Positions 37,677 to 45,479 of a DNA stretch of 64,000 bases are shown piece after piece. A program made the translations under genes and the position numbers. This DNA is from an uncultured Enterobacteriaceae bacterium (lineage in GTDB: Bacteria; Pseudomonadota; Gammaproteobacteria; Burkholderiales; SG8-39), in contig CAYSFD010000057.1 in NCBI GenBank assembly GCA_964430565.1, positions 23,218 through 87,217 of the forward strand, given 5' to 3'. Position 1 is the stretch's first letter; each line of letters starts with the position of its first letter. The notes under the pieces are model-generated. The model saw nothing but the letters and a program-made list of their open reading frames with translations, made no database searches and had not been told where the DNA came from.

Positions 37677-38273
37677 ATGAGCGTCCCGATGATCTTTCTC
37701 GTGCGACCCGGTGAGACGACTTGGACCCGGGAAGGACGACAACAGGGGCACCTTGACTCGCCATTGACGTCCAAGGGCATCGCGCAGGCGCGAGCCGCTG
37801 GACAGGCGCTGCGGAAAGTGCTCCCCGAGGGCCAGCACGTTTGTCTCGAGACCAGTCCCATCGGTCGGGCACGGCAGACTGCAGCCCTCCTGTGCGCCGA
37901 GTTGGTGCTTGACGTGAACGCCCTCGTGGTCACGCCGCTCTTGATCGAGCATCACCTGGGCGCCTGGCAGGGTCTCACGAACGCCCAGATCGACAAGCAG
38001 TATCCGGGGGCCCGGCGGGCGCGCGAGGAGAACAAGTGGAACTACGCGGTGCCGGGCGGCGAGAGCTATGCGCTCGCTTATAAGCGCGCCCAGCAATGGC
38101 TGGCGCAGAAACGTCACGCCCCGGTGACGGTGGCCGTGACGCACGAAATGTGCAGCCGTGCCCTTCAAGGGGCCTATGCCGGGCTTACGCCTGCGGAAAC
38201 GCTGGTTCGCACTCATCATCAGGGTCGCATCTACTGGCTACACGATGCTCAGATAGAGGAGATTCCGTGCTGA
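37677..38273 (+). CDS. Histidine phosphatase (phosphoglycerate mutase-like) family protein with a substituted catalytic His
   Basis: In-frame part of ORF 37608..38273. The family layout is present (LVRPGETTWTREGRQQGHLDSPLT, later VAVTHEMCSRAL), but the RHGE motif reads RPGE. Confidence 0.75.
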   Translation: MSVPMIFLVRPGETTWTREGRQQGHLDSPLTSKGIAQARAAGQALRKVLPEGQHVCLETSPIGRARQTAALLCAELVLDVNALVVTPLLIEHHLGAWQGLTNAQIDKQYPGARRAREENKWNYAVPGGESYALAYKRAQQWLAQKRHAPVTVAVTHEMCSRALQGAYAGLTPAETLVRTHHQGRIYWLHDAQIEEIPC

Positions 38274-38391
38274 ATGTGGAACGTCCCTGAGGTGCGGCTA
38301 AACGTCGCGCCACGCGGGCCAGTTGCAGACGCCCCGGTGTTGGCGCTACAGTTGTCCCACACGGACTAACCACGCCAAGTCAGAATAAGCC

Positions 38392-40356
38392 ATGAATAGA
38401 TCCGAAGGACCGCGTGAACTTTCCGTGCAGCCCGGCTCGCGGTCCGGTTCCCTATCGTCACCTGAACGAATCGGCAAATACGAGATTCAGGCCGTGCTTG
38501 GACGGGGCGCGATGGGCGTCGTCTACAAGGGCTACGACCGCGGCATCGCGCGCAGCGTGGCGATCAAGGCGATCGAGAAGTCCTCCCTCGGCGCGAGCGA
38601 ACTCAGGCACGTCATTCAGCGGTTCCGGCACGAGGCGCAGGCCGTAGGGCGGCTCGTGCACCCGCGTATCGTGCAGATCTACGACTACGGCGAGGACGGC
38701 GATACCGCCTACATCGTGATGGAGCTCGTCAACGGCAAGACGCTGCACGAGCACCTGTCGCAGAAAGTTAAGTACGAAATTCGCGAGGTTGGCGAGATCG
38801 TGCGGCAGCTTCTCGACGGCATCGGCCACGCGCACGCCGAAGGGGTCGTGCACCGCGACATCAAGCCTTCGAATGTTCTCCTGAACAGCGACGGCCGCAT
38901 CAAGATCAGCGACTTTGGCATCGCGCGCCTCGACTCCTCAAGCCTGACGCAGGTGGGGGATGTCCTCGGCACGCCGTATTACATGGCCCCCGAGCAGTTC
39001 CTCGGCGTCGAAGTCAACGCGCTGGCGGATATCTATTCAATCGGCGTGATTGCCTACGAACTCCTGACCGGCAGGAAACCGTTCGCCGGCAATGCCGCGA
39101 CCGTAATGCAGCAGGTCCTCAACGAGCCGTTTCCCGATCCGTCGCAGTTGAACCCGCGGTTGTCGCCGCTGATGGACCGGGTGCTGCACAAAGCGCTCGC
39201 CAAGAACCGCGACGAGCGGTTTCAGAGCGCCGGTGAGTTTTCCCAGGCGTTTCACTCGGCGATCGATGCGTCTCTCAGCGTGGGCGCGGTCGAGCCGGCG
39301 TCCGCAGGACCCGGTGCTGCGGCGCTGCTCAGTGCGGCGCGGCTCCTCAGCATCCAGCCCGCGACCGTGGCGGCGCCGTCGAGCGAACTCGAGTTGCAGG
39401 CCGCGACAGGCGATAGTGCGATCAGCCTTGACACAAGCGTGAGGAAAGCCCGAATGCTCGTGATCGACGACGAGGAGCGCATACTGACTGCGCTGAAGTC
39501 GCGGTTCCGCAGCCGCTACCACGTGTTTACCACCGCGGACGGCAACAAGGCGCTCGAATTCATGCGCAAATATCCCATGCACGTGATCGTCAGCGACCAG
39601 CGCATGCCAGTGATGGCCGGGGTGGAGTTGCTGCGCCAGTCGCGAGAGATTTCGCCGCGCAGTGTGCGGATACTGCTGACCGGGTACTCCGACCTCGCCG
39701 CGATGGTGGGCTCGATCAACGACGGCGAGGTGTATCGCTTTGTCAGCAAACCTTGGGACAACGATGAGCTGCAAACTATCGTCGCCGAGGCAGTCACGAT
39801 CGCGCTCGAGCTTGCCGACACCAAGACGGCGGCGGTCGAGCTGCCGCAGCGCATGGAGGCCGGTGTCCTCGTGATCGCCAAGAATGAGGAAATCTTCAGG
39901 GTTGTGCGCGAGCTGATCGGCGAACTTTGCCCGGTCGTCTATGCCGCGGACGTCGACGCCGCGCTCGGCGCGATGGAAAAACAGGAAATCGCGGTTCTGA
40001 TCTCCGATTTCGAAGCCGGGGACGAGCAGTTGAGCGCGATGCTGAGGCTGTTGAAGCAGGAGAACCCGCAGATACTCACCATACTTGTCACAGCGGCGTC
40101 GGACTCCGAGCTTGTGATCGAGCTCATCAACCAGGTGCAGATTTTCCGTTTTCTCAACAAACCGGTGAACGTGGGACTGCTGAAGCGCCATATGCACGCC
40201 GCGCTGCAGCGTTATCTGACTTTCAAGCAGACGCCGCAGCTCACCCGCGAGCACTCCGTGCAGCCTTCGGAGGAGATACGCGAATCCGTGGTGGGCCAGC
40301 GCATCCTCGACAGCGCGAGGACCTTGCGCGAAAGGTGGTTCGCCGACAACCCCTGA
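38392..40356 (+). CDS. Hanks-type Ser/Thr protein kinase fused to two C-terminal response-regulator receiver domains
   Basis: 654 aa. Kinase motifs GRGAMGVVYKG, VAIKAI, HRDIKPSNVLL, DFGIA, GTPYYMAPEQ. REC1 has VIDDEE...VIVSDQRMP...ILLTGY...FVSKPW. REC2 has VIAKNEE...VLISDFEAG...ILVTAAS...FLNKPV. Confidence 0.88.
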   Translation: MNRSEGPRELSVQPGSRSGSLSSPERIGKYEIQAVLGRGAMGVVYKGYDRGIARSVAIKAIEKSSLGASELRHVIQRFRHEAQAVGRLVHPRIVQIYDYGEDGDTAYIVMELVNGKTLHEHLSQKVKYEIREVGEIVRQLLDGIGHAHAEGVVHRDIKPSNVLLNSDGRIKISDFGIARLDSSSLTQVGDVLGTPYYMAPEQFLGVEVNALADIYSIGVIAYELLTGRKPFAGNAATVMQQVLNEPFPDPSQLNPRLSPLMDRVLHKALAKNRDERFQSAGEFSQAFHSAIDASLSVGAVEPASAGPGAAALLSAARLLSIQPATVAAPSSELELQAATGDSAISLDTSVRKARMLVIDDEERILTALKSRFRSRYHVFTTADGNKALEFMRKYPMHVIVSDQRMPVMAGVELLRQSREISPRSVRILLTGYSDLAAMVGSINDGEVYRFVSKPWDNDELQTIVAEAVTIALELADTKTAAVELPQRMEAGVLVIAKNEEIFRVVRELIGELCPVVYAADVDAALGAMEKQEIAVLISDFEAGDEQLSAMLRLLKQENPQILTILVTAASDSELVIELINQVQIFRFLNKPVNVGLLKRHMHAALQRYLTFKQTPQLTREHSVQPSEEIRESVVGQRILDSARTLRERWFADNP

Positions 40357-40412
40357 GCGTCGCGGCGGCGACGGAAAAACCTGGCGCGAACGACCGTAAC
40401 GTGCGCTGGCGC

Positions 40413-41885
40413 TCAACGCGCCTCAAGCACGCGGATACGGGTATTGCCGACCCAGTCCACGAGCGGGATGAGTTCCGCGAGGCTCTCGCCGCGCACCAGC
40501 GCGATGTGCGTCGCATCCGCCTGGGCCTGGTTGAAAGTGGGGTCGACCGCGCGCCAGGATCCGTCCACCAGGCTTTCGGCCCAGGTGTGGTAGAGAAATC
40601 CACCGTGCTCGGCCGAGTACACCAGACCGTTCACCACGCGCGTGGGCACGCCGAGCGCACGCATCAGCGCGGTGTAGAGGTAGGCGTGGCCCTGGCACTC
40701 GGCGCGCCTTGAATCCAGCACGTCGAGCGCCGAAAACACATCGACCGGTTCCTTGCGGATATTTTGTTCGAGCCATGCGAGCACCGTGCCGATTTTCTCT
40801 GGTATGGTCTCGCTGCCGGCGGTGATCGTCCGCGCGAGCGCCCGGATCATGGGATCGTGGCTCTGCACCGTGGCCGATGGACGCAAATCGGTGTCCGAGG
40901 AGCCGAGGGAGAGCGCCGCTGCCCGCGTGACGTCGATCTCGCAAACGACATCGCCGTCAGCGGTGCGGCAGCTCTGCCTTTCATCCGACAGAGGAGGGCG
41001 GTTCAAACTGATTCGGAGGAACCGTGCCTCGCGCGGATCGGAAAGTGGAAGCGGAGCCTTGATCAAGCTCCACTGCACCAGCACATCGTCCTTGTTCAGC
41101 GCGGCGCTCGCCAGATAGCTTTTCGCCGTCTGCTCTTCCTCGAGCGCCGAGATGATCACTCCGTTCAGCCCCAGCTCGAACACGGGTCGGCCGCGTGCGT
41201 CGATCCAGGTGGTGCTCGTCAGCCCGAGCAGGTCAGTTCGTACTTTGAACGCCGCGTCCGGAAAAAGCTCGCTCGTTTCGTAGGCCTCGATGCGCTGCGA
41301 GGCCTGGTTGAGGCCTTGAGTTTCCCCGGTGAACACGAGCCACCGGAATTCTCTGCCAACCCTCAAGCCTTGCAGCACCGGCAGCAAGCTCAGGGCGCCG
41401 GAAGGGTAGAGCGGCTCGCTCAACCGTTCCTCTTTTTTCTCGGGCACGCGTTTGGCGCTCGTCACCTGGTAAAGAAGCCGGCCGTCGCGCACTTCGCCTG
41501 AGACCTTCTGCTCACTGTCGTCGAGCCCATAGTGGTAATCGAAGCGCACCAGCCTTGCGTTCTCATCGACCGTATCGAGCGAGCGCACGAGCACACGTTT
41601 TTCCAGGCCGAGAAACCGGAACAGGATTACGGCTTCGCCGTGTATTTCGTAGAGTCCTTGCTGAGCAGCAGGCGTCACGCGCGAATGCGTAAAGCCGATC
41701 TTGGCGCCGTTGAAAACGATCCCGGTCCAGTGCTCGGGCTGCGGAAGGGCGGCGAGCGTATAGCGAGGCGGAGGAAGCGGAGGCTCTCCCGCATCGCGAA
41801 AATAGCGGCTGGCGCAGCCCGGGAGAAGGACCAGCAGCGCGGCGCAGGCTGCGAGCATTCGGATCGTTGCCGTCAGCGGCTTCAT
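40413..41885 (-). CDS. Transglutaminase-core domain lipoprotein
   Basis: 490 aa. Lipobox LLPGC after a signal peptide. C-terminal transglutaminase-like Cys/His context (ECQGHAYLYTALMRALGVPTR...FLYHTWAE...AVDPT). Confidence 0.8.
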   Translation of the reverse strand: MKPLTATIRMLAACAALLVLLPGCASRYFRDAGEPPLPPPRYTLAALPQPEHWTGIVFNGAKIGFTHSRVTPAAQQGLYEIHGEAVILFRFLGLEKRVLVRSLDTVDENARLVRFDYHYGLDDSEQKVSGEVRDGRLLYQVTSAKRVPEKKEERLSEPLYPSGALSLLPVLQGLRVGREFRWLVFTGETQGLNQASQRIEAYETSELFPDAAFKVRTDLLGLTSTTWIDARGRPVFELGLNGVIISALEEEQTAKSYLASAALNKDDVLVQWSLIKAPLPLSDPREARFLRISLNRPPLSDERQSCRTADGDVVCEIDVTRAAALSLGSSDTDLRPSATVQSHDPMIRALARTITAGSETIPEKIGTVLAWLEQNIRKEPVDVFSALDVLDSRRAECQGHAYLYTALMRALGVPTRVVNGLVYSAEHGGFLYHTWAESLVDGSWRAVDPTFNQAQADATHIALVRGESLAELIPLVDWVGNTRIRVLEAR

Positions 41886-42925
41886 CGCTTGAACAGTTGG
41901 CGGATCTTGCGGGCGTTCGGCTGTTTGACGACGCCCTTCTCGGTGAAGAGCGCGCTTACCAGCCCGGCCGACGTGATGTCGAACGCGGGATTGGCGACCG
42001 CGACGCCTTCGGGGGCCCAGCGTATGCCCGCATAGCCCGTGACTTCGGATGCGCTGCGCTCCTCGATCGGAATCGCCTTGCCATTCGCCGTTTTAAGGTC
42101 GATCGTGGAGAGCGGCGCAGCGACGTAGAACGGGATGCGATGGCGCTGCGCCAGGACCGCAAGAGGGTAGGTACCGATCTTGTTGGCGACGTCGCCGTTC
42201 ACGGCGATGCGGTCGGCGCCGACGATCACGATGTCCACCTTCCCCTGACTCATGAGGTGGCCGGCCATGTTGTCGGTGATGAGCGTGACAGGAATCTTTT
42301 CCTGAATCAGCTCCCAGGCGGTGAGGCGCGCACCCTGCAGGTAGGGCCGGGTTTCGGTGGCAATCACCGAGATGCGCTTGCCGGCGTCGCGCGCCGAGCG
42401 CACCACCCCGAGCGCGGTGCCGTGGCCCGCGGTGGCAAGCGCGCCGGTGTTGCAGTGGGTGAGGATGCGTGCGCCGTCGGGCACGTGCTTCATGCCGACG
42501 CGGCCGATGGCGCGGTTGGTCTCGACATCGGCGGCGAAGATCGCCACCGCGGCCTCTCCGAGCTTTTCCGCCGCGGATTTGGGATCGTCTCGATGCCTGG
42601 TGAGCGCCGAACGCATGTGTTCCAGCGCCCAGAAGAGGTTCACCGCGGTCGGCCGGCTTGCGGCAAGCGCCTTGAACGCCGCTTCCATTGCGGCGTGGAA
42701 CTCGCGGGGACGAAGGTTCTGCTGCCGGCGCGCTTCCAAAGCGATCCCGAAAGCGGCGGCGCAGCCAATTGCAGGTGCGCCGCGCACCACCATGGAACGA
42801 ATCGCCTCTGCCACTTTGGCGGCGTTTGTGCAGCGCACGTACTCGAAGCGGGAAGGCAGGAGACGCTGGTCGATCAGTTCGAGGCGTCCCTCCCGCCAGC
42901 GCAGGGCTTCGACGTTGTCAGGCAT
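41882..42925 (-). CDS. mtnA: S-methyl-5-thioribose-1-phosphate isomerase
   Basis: ORF 41882..42979. ATG 42925 gives MPDNVEALRWREGRLELIDQRLLP. eIF-2B-family body (VVRGAPAIG, THCNTGALAT, VIVGADRIA). Confidence 0.9.
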   Translation of the reverse strand: MPDNVEALRWREGRLELIDQRLLPSRFEYVRCTNAAKVAEAIRSMVVRGAPAIGCAAAFGIALEARRQQNLRPREFHAAMEAAFKALAASRPTAVNLFWALEHMRSALTRHRDDPKSAAEKLGEAAVAIFAADVETNRAIGRVGMKHVPDGARILTHCNTGALATAGHGTALGVVRSARDAGKRISVIATETRPYLQGARLTAWELIQEKIPVTLITDNMAGHLMSQGKVDIVIVGADRIAVNGDVANKIGTYPLAVLAQRHRIPFYVAAPLSTIDLKTANGKAIPIEERSASEVTGYAGIRWAPEGVAVANPAFDITSAGLVSALFTEKGVVKQPNARKIRQLFKR

Positions 42926-42935
42926 AGCACCGGTC

Positions 42936-43030
42936 ATTCCCGCGAAAACGAGCGAATGCGAGTTTCGAGGAACGGCCAAGCGGGAATCCAGCGACTTTGG
43001 AAGCCATTGGATCCCCGCCTACGCGGGGAT
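42936..43030. repeat. REP-type intergenic palindromic element(s)
   Basis: Arms ATTCCCGC (42936-43) and GCGGGAAT (42980-87), plus a tight hairpin ATCCCCGC-CTAC-GCGGGGAT (43011-43030). Spurious ORFs here read WIPAYAGMT and RGND, the hallmark of a widespread proteobacterial REP family. Confidence 0.5.
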
Positions 43031-43041
43031 GACCGTTCCGG

Positions 43042-45012
43042 TCAGATGACGCGTTCATTGCCGCCGTCCACCGGCACTTGCGCGCCGGTGGTCTTGGAGA
43101 AAAGCGGGCCGCACATCTCCGCGGCAAGCTCTGCGACGTCGCGGCTGCCCACCTCGGTCTTGAGCACGTTGTTGGTCTTGTACGCCTCGACGGTCATCCC
43201 GTATTGCCTGGCGCGCTGCGCGAGCACTTCCTCGGTCCACAGGCCGGTGTCGAAAACAGCGTTGGGGTGCACGCTGTTGACACGTATGCGGTCGGCGCCC
43301 CACTCGAGCGCGGCGATGCGCGCGAGCTGGTTGAGCGCAGCCTTGGAAGCGGAGTAGGCGGCGGCGCCGGGGCCGGGTGCGGGAACGTTCTTCGAGCCGA
43401 TCACCACGACCCGCCCGCCGCGCGGGGCGAGTTTCAGGAACGGGTGGCAGGCGCGCATCAGAATGAGGTTCGCGTCGAGATTCACCGTCATTGACTTGCG
43501 CCACTCCTCGGCGGGAAGCTCCGCGATCCTGTGGCTCGCCGGAAAGATGCCCGCGTTCAAGACGACCATGTCCATGCCGCCGAAAGCGAGCACGGCCCGC
43601 TCCAATGCCGAGTGCACCTGGGATTCGTCCGTCACATCGCAGCGCACGCCGAGGAAATCAGGCCGAGCGTGCAGCGACTCGATGCCGGAGGCGAGATCGA
43701 GCCCGACAACAGCGGCGCCGCGGGCGAGGAAAGCACCCACCGTCGCCTTGCCTATGCCCGAGGCGGCGCCGGTAACGAGCGCAACTTCCCCTGAGAACAC
43801 TGCAGGCTTCCCGCCTTTCCTGAGCTTCGCCTGCTCGAGGTCCCAGTACTCAACGTCGAAGATGTCTTTGGAGGGCAGGGCCTGGAATCCGCCGAGCGCC
43901 TCGGCGCGCAGGATAACGTCGATGGTGTGATCGTAGATCTCGGCGACAATCGCCGCCTCCTTTGCCGTCCGTCCCGCCGCCGCGAGTCCGAAGGCCGGAT
44001 CGAGCACGACGCGCGGCGCGGGGTCGAGGATGGTCTTCGGCTCTTTTGCCTTGGGAGCGTGCTCGTCAAAGTAGCTTCTGTAGTTCTGGGTATAGCGGGT
44101 GACATCGGTTCCGAGCATCGGCGTGCGCTTGGTGCGGATGACGTGATCGGGCGTCGCGGGGCCCTGCTGCGAGAAGCGTGCGAGCTGCGGATGATGGGCG
44201 AAGCCGAGTGTGCGCTCGTTCGTCACGGTACGCAGGATCATGGGAGCGCCGGCGATGTCGCAGAGCCGCCGGCGCAGCTCGGCCTGCGGCGCGGCGTGCG
44301 GTTTTGCTGCGGAGGAAGACTTCAGGGCTACGGACCAGGCTCGCTTCGAATCGAGATATTCCTCCGCGAGCGTCACCAGCTCGATCATGCGCTCATAGGA
44401 CTCGCGCGCGCTATCGCCAAACGAAAAAATCCCGTGATTGAGGAGGACCATCCCGACTGTTTCAGGCGTGCCCTGGCGCTTGAACTCCTTGGCGCAGTAC
44501 TGGGCCAGGTCAAAGCCGGGTATGAGATAGGGTATGACCACGCAGCGTTTTCCGTAGATATCGCGAATGCGCTTCTCGCCGTCCTTGGTGTTGGTAACGG
44601 AAAGCACCGCGTCGGCATGAGTGTGGTCCACGAACTTCTGCGGCATGAGCCCGTGCAGGATCGTCTCGATGGAAGGCGTGGGGGCCGTCGCCTTGAGCAT
44701 GTGCGTGACGAGCTGGTTAACCATCTCGGGGTCCGAAAGCGAAGGCAGCTCGGCGAGGCGCAGAACGTGGGAAAGACGTACCGGCGAGAAACCCTGCGGC
44801 TCGATCGTCTCTAGGTCCCAGCCACTGCCTTTGACGTAGAGGATCGGCTCTTCTTCGCCGAAAATATTCTTCTCGAGGATCTTGACTGAGGTGTTGCCGC
44901 CTCCGTGGAGTACCAGCGACTTGTCGCGGCCGAGCAGCCGCGAGGTGTAGACGCGCAGGCCGAGGTCGCCCTGGAATTGTTTCGCTTCCTCGTCGTTCCA
45001 GAGGCTTCGCAT
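43042..45012 (-). CDS. Bifunctional class II aldolase/adducin-domain + short-chain dehydrogenase protein
   Basis: 656 aa. N-terminal aldolase-type region (LVLHGGGNTSVK, VDHTHAD). C-terminal SDR (TGAASGIGKAT, NAGI, YSASKAAL). Confidence 0.88.
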   Translation of the reverse strand: MRSLWNDEEAKQFQGDLGLRVYTSRLLGRDKSLVLHGGGNTSVKILEKNIFGEEEPILYVKGSGWDLETIEPQGFSPVRLSHVLRLAELPSLSDPEMVNQLVTHMLKATAPTPSIETILHGLMPQKFVDHTHADAVLSVTNTKDGEKRIRDIYGKRCVVIPYLIPGFDLAQYCAKEFKRQGTPETVGMVLLNHGIFSFGDSARESYERMIELVTLAEEYLDSKRAWSVALKSSSAAKPHAAPQAELRRRLCDIAGAPMILRTVTNERTLGFAHHPQLARFSQQGPATPDHVIRTKRTPMLGTDVTRYTQNYRSYFDEHAPKAKEPKTILDPAPRVVLDPAFGLAAAGRTAKEAAIVAEIYDHTIDVILRAEALGGFQALPSKDIFDVEYWDLEQAKLRKGGKPAVFSGEVALVTGAASGIGKATVGAFLARGAAVVGLDLASGIESLHARPDFLGVRCDVTDESQVHSALERAVLAFGGMDMVVLNAGIFPASHRIAELPAEEWRKSMTVNLDANLILMRACHPFLKLAPRGGRVVVIGSKNVPAPGPGAAAYSASKAALNQLARIAALEWGADRIRVNSVHPNAVFDTGLWTEEVLAQRARQYGMTVEAYKTNNVLKTEVGSRDVAELAAEMCGPLFSKTTGAQVPVDGGNERVI

Positions 45013-45035
45013 AACACCAATTATACTGGTCGTCG

Positions 45036-45479
45036 ATGGGGGAAACTTTCATGATCACCATCCTCCCGTGGGATAAAGCATTGCCGCTTGCGCGCCCGGT
45101 GCGCGAGAAGGTATTCATCGAAGAACAGAACGTTCCGCGCGAGCTTGAATGGGACGAGTGGGATGAGCGCTGCGAGCACGCGGTCGCTTGCGATTCGGAC
45201 GGCCGTGCGATCGGAACGGCAAGACTAGCGCCCGACGGCCGGCTCGGCCGGATGGCGGTCCTTCGCGAATACCGCGGGCGGGGCGCGGGGGCGGCGCTGC
45301 TCGAAGCCCTGCTCGTGCGGGCGCACGAGATGTCCCTAACCCGCATCACGCTGCATGCACAGATCCACGCAGCGGGGTTCTACCGGCGCTTCGGTTTCAG
45401 CGGGCGTGGAGGAGAGTTCCTGGAGGCCGGGATCCCGCACTTCGAGATGACGCTCGAGCTTTCCCGGGCGCCAAGGTGA
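45036..45479 (+). CDS. GNAT family N-acetyltransferase
   Basis: 147 aa. Acetyl-CoA binding motif RGRGAGAALLEAL. The start is 45036 or 45051. Confidence 0.82.
   Translation: MGETFMITILPWDKALPLARPVREKVFIEEQNVPRELEWDEWDERCEHAVACDSDGRAIGTARLAPDGRLGRMAVLREYRGRGAGAALLEALLVRAHEMSLTRITLHAQIHAAGFYRRFGFSGRGGEFLEAGIPHFEMTLELSRAPR

Noticed and set aside
37091-37933. A 280-aa minus-strand ORF covering the remnant patch and the start of the histidine-phosphatase gene.
   Set aside because: It has no recognisable motif and an Arg/Ser/Pro-rich composition. It overlaps the Bug gene 3' end and the phosphatase-fold gene, and is most likely a high-GC artefact.
40358-40373. A GC-rich hairpin, CGTCGC-GGCG-GCGACG, immediately after the kinase stop codon, considered as a terminator.
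   Set aside because: It is followed by GAAAAACC rather than a U-run on the plus strand. On the minus strand the T-run precedes the stem. It therefore does not fit an intrinsic terminator in either direction.
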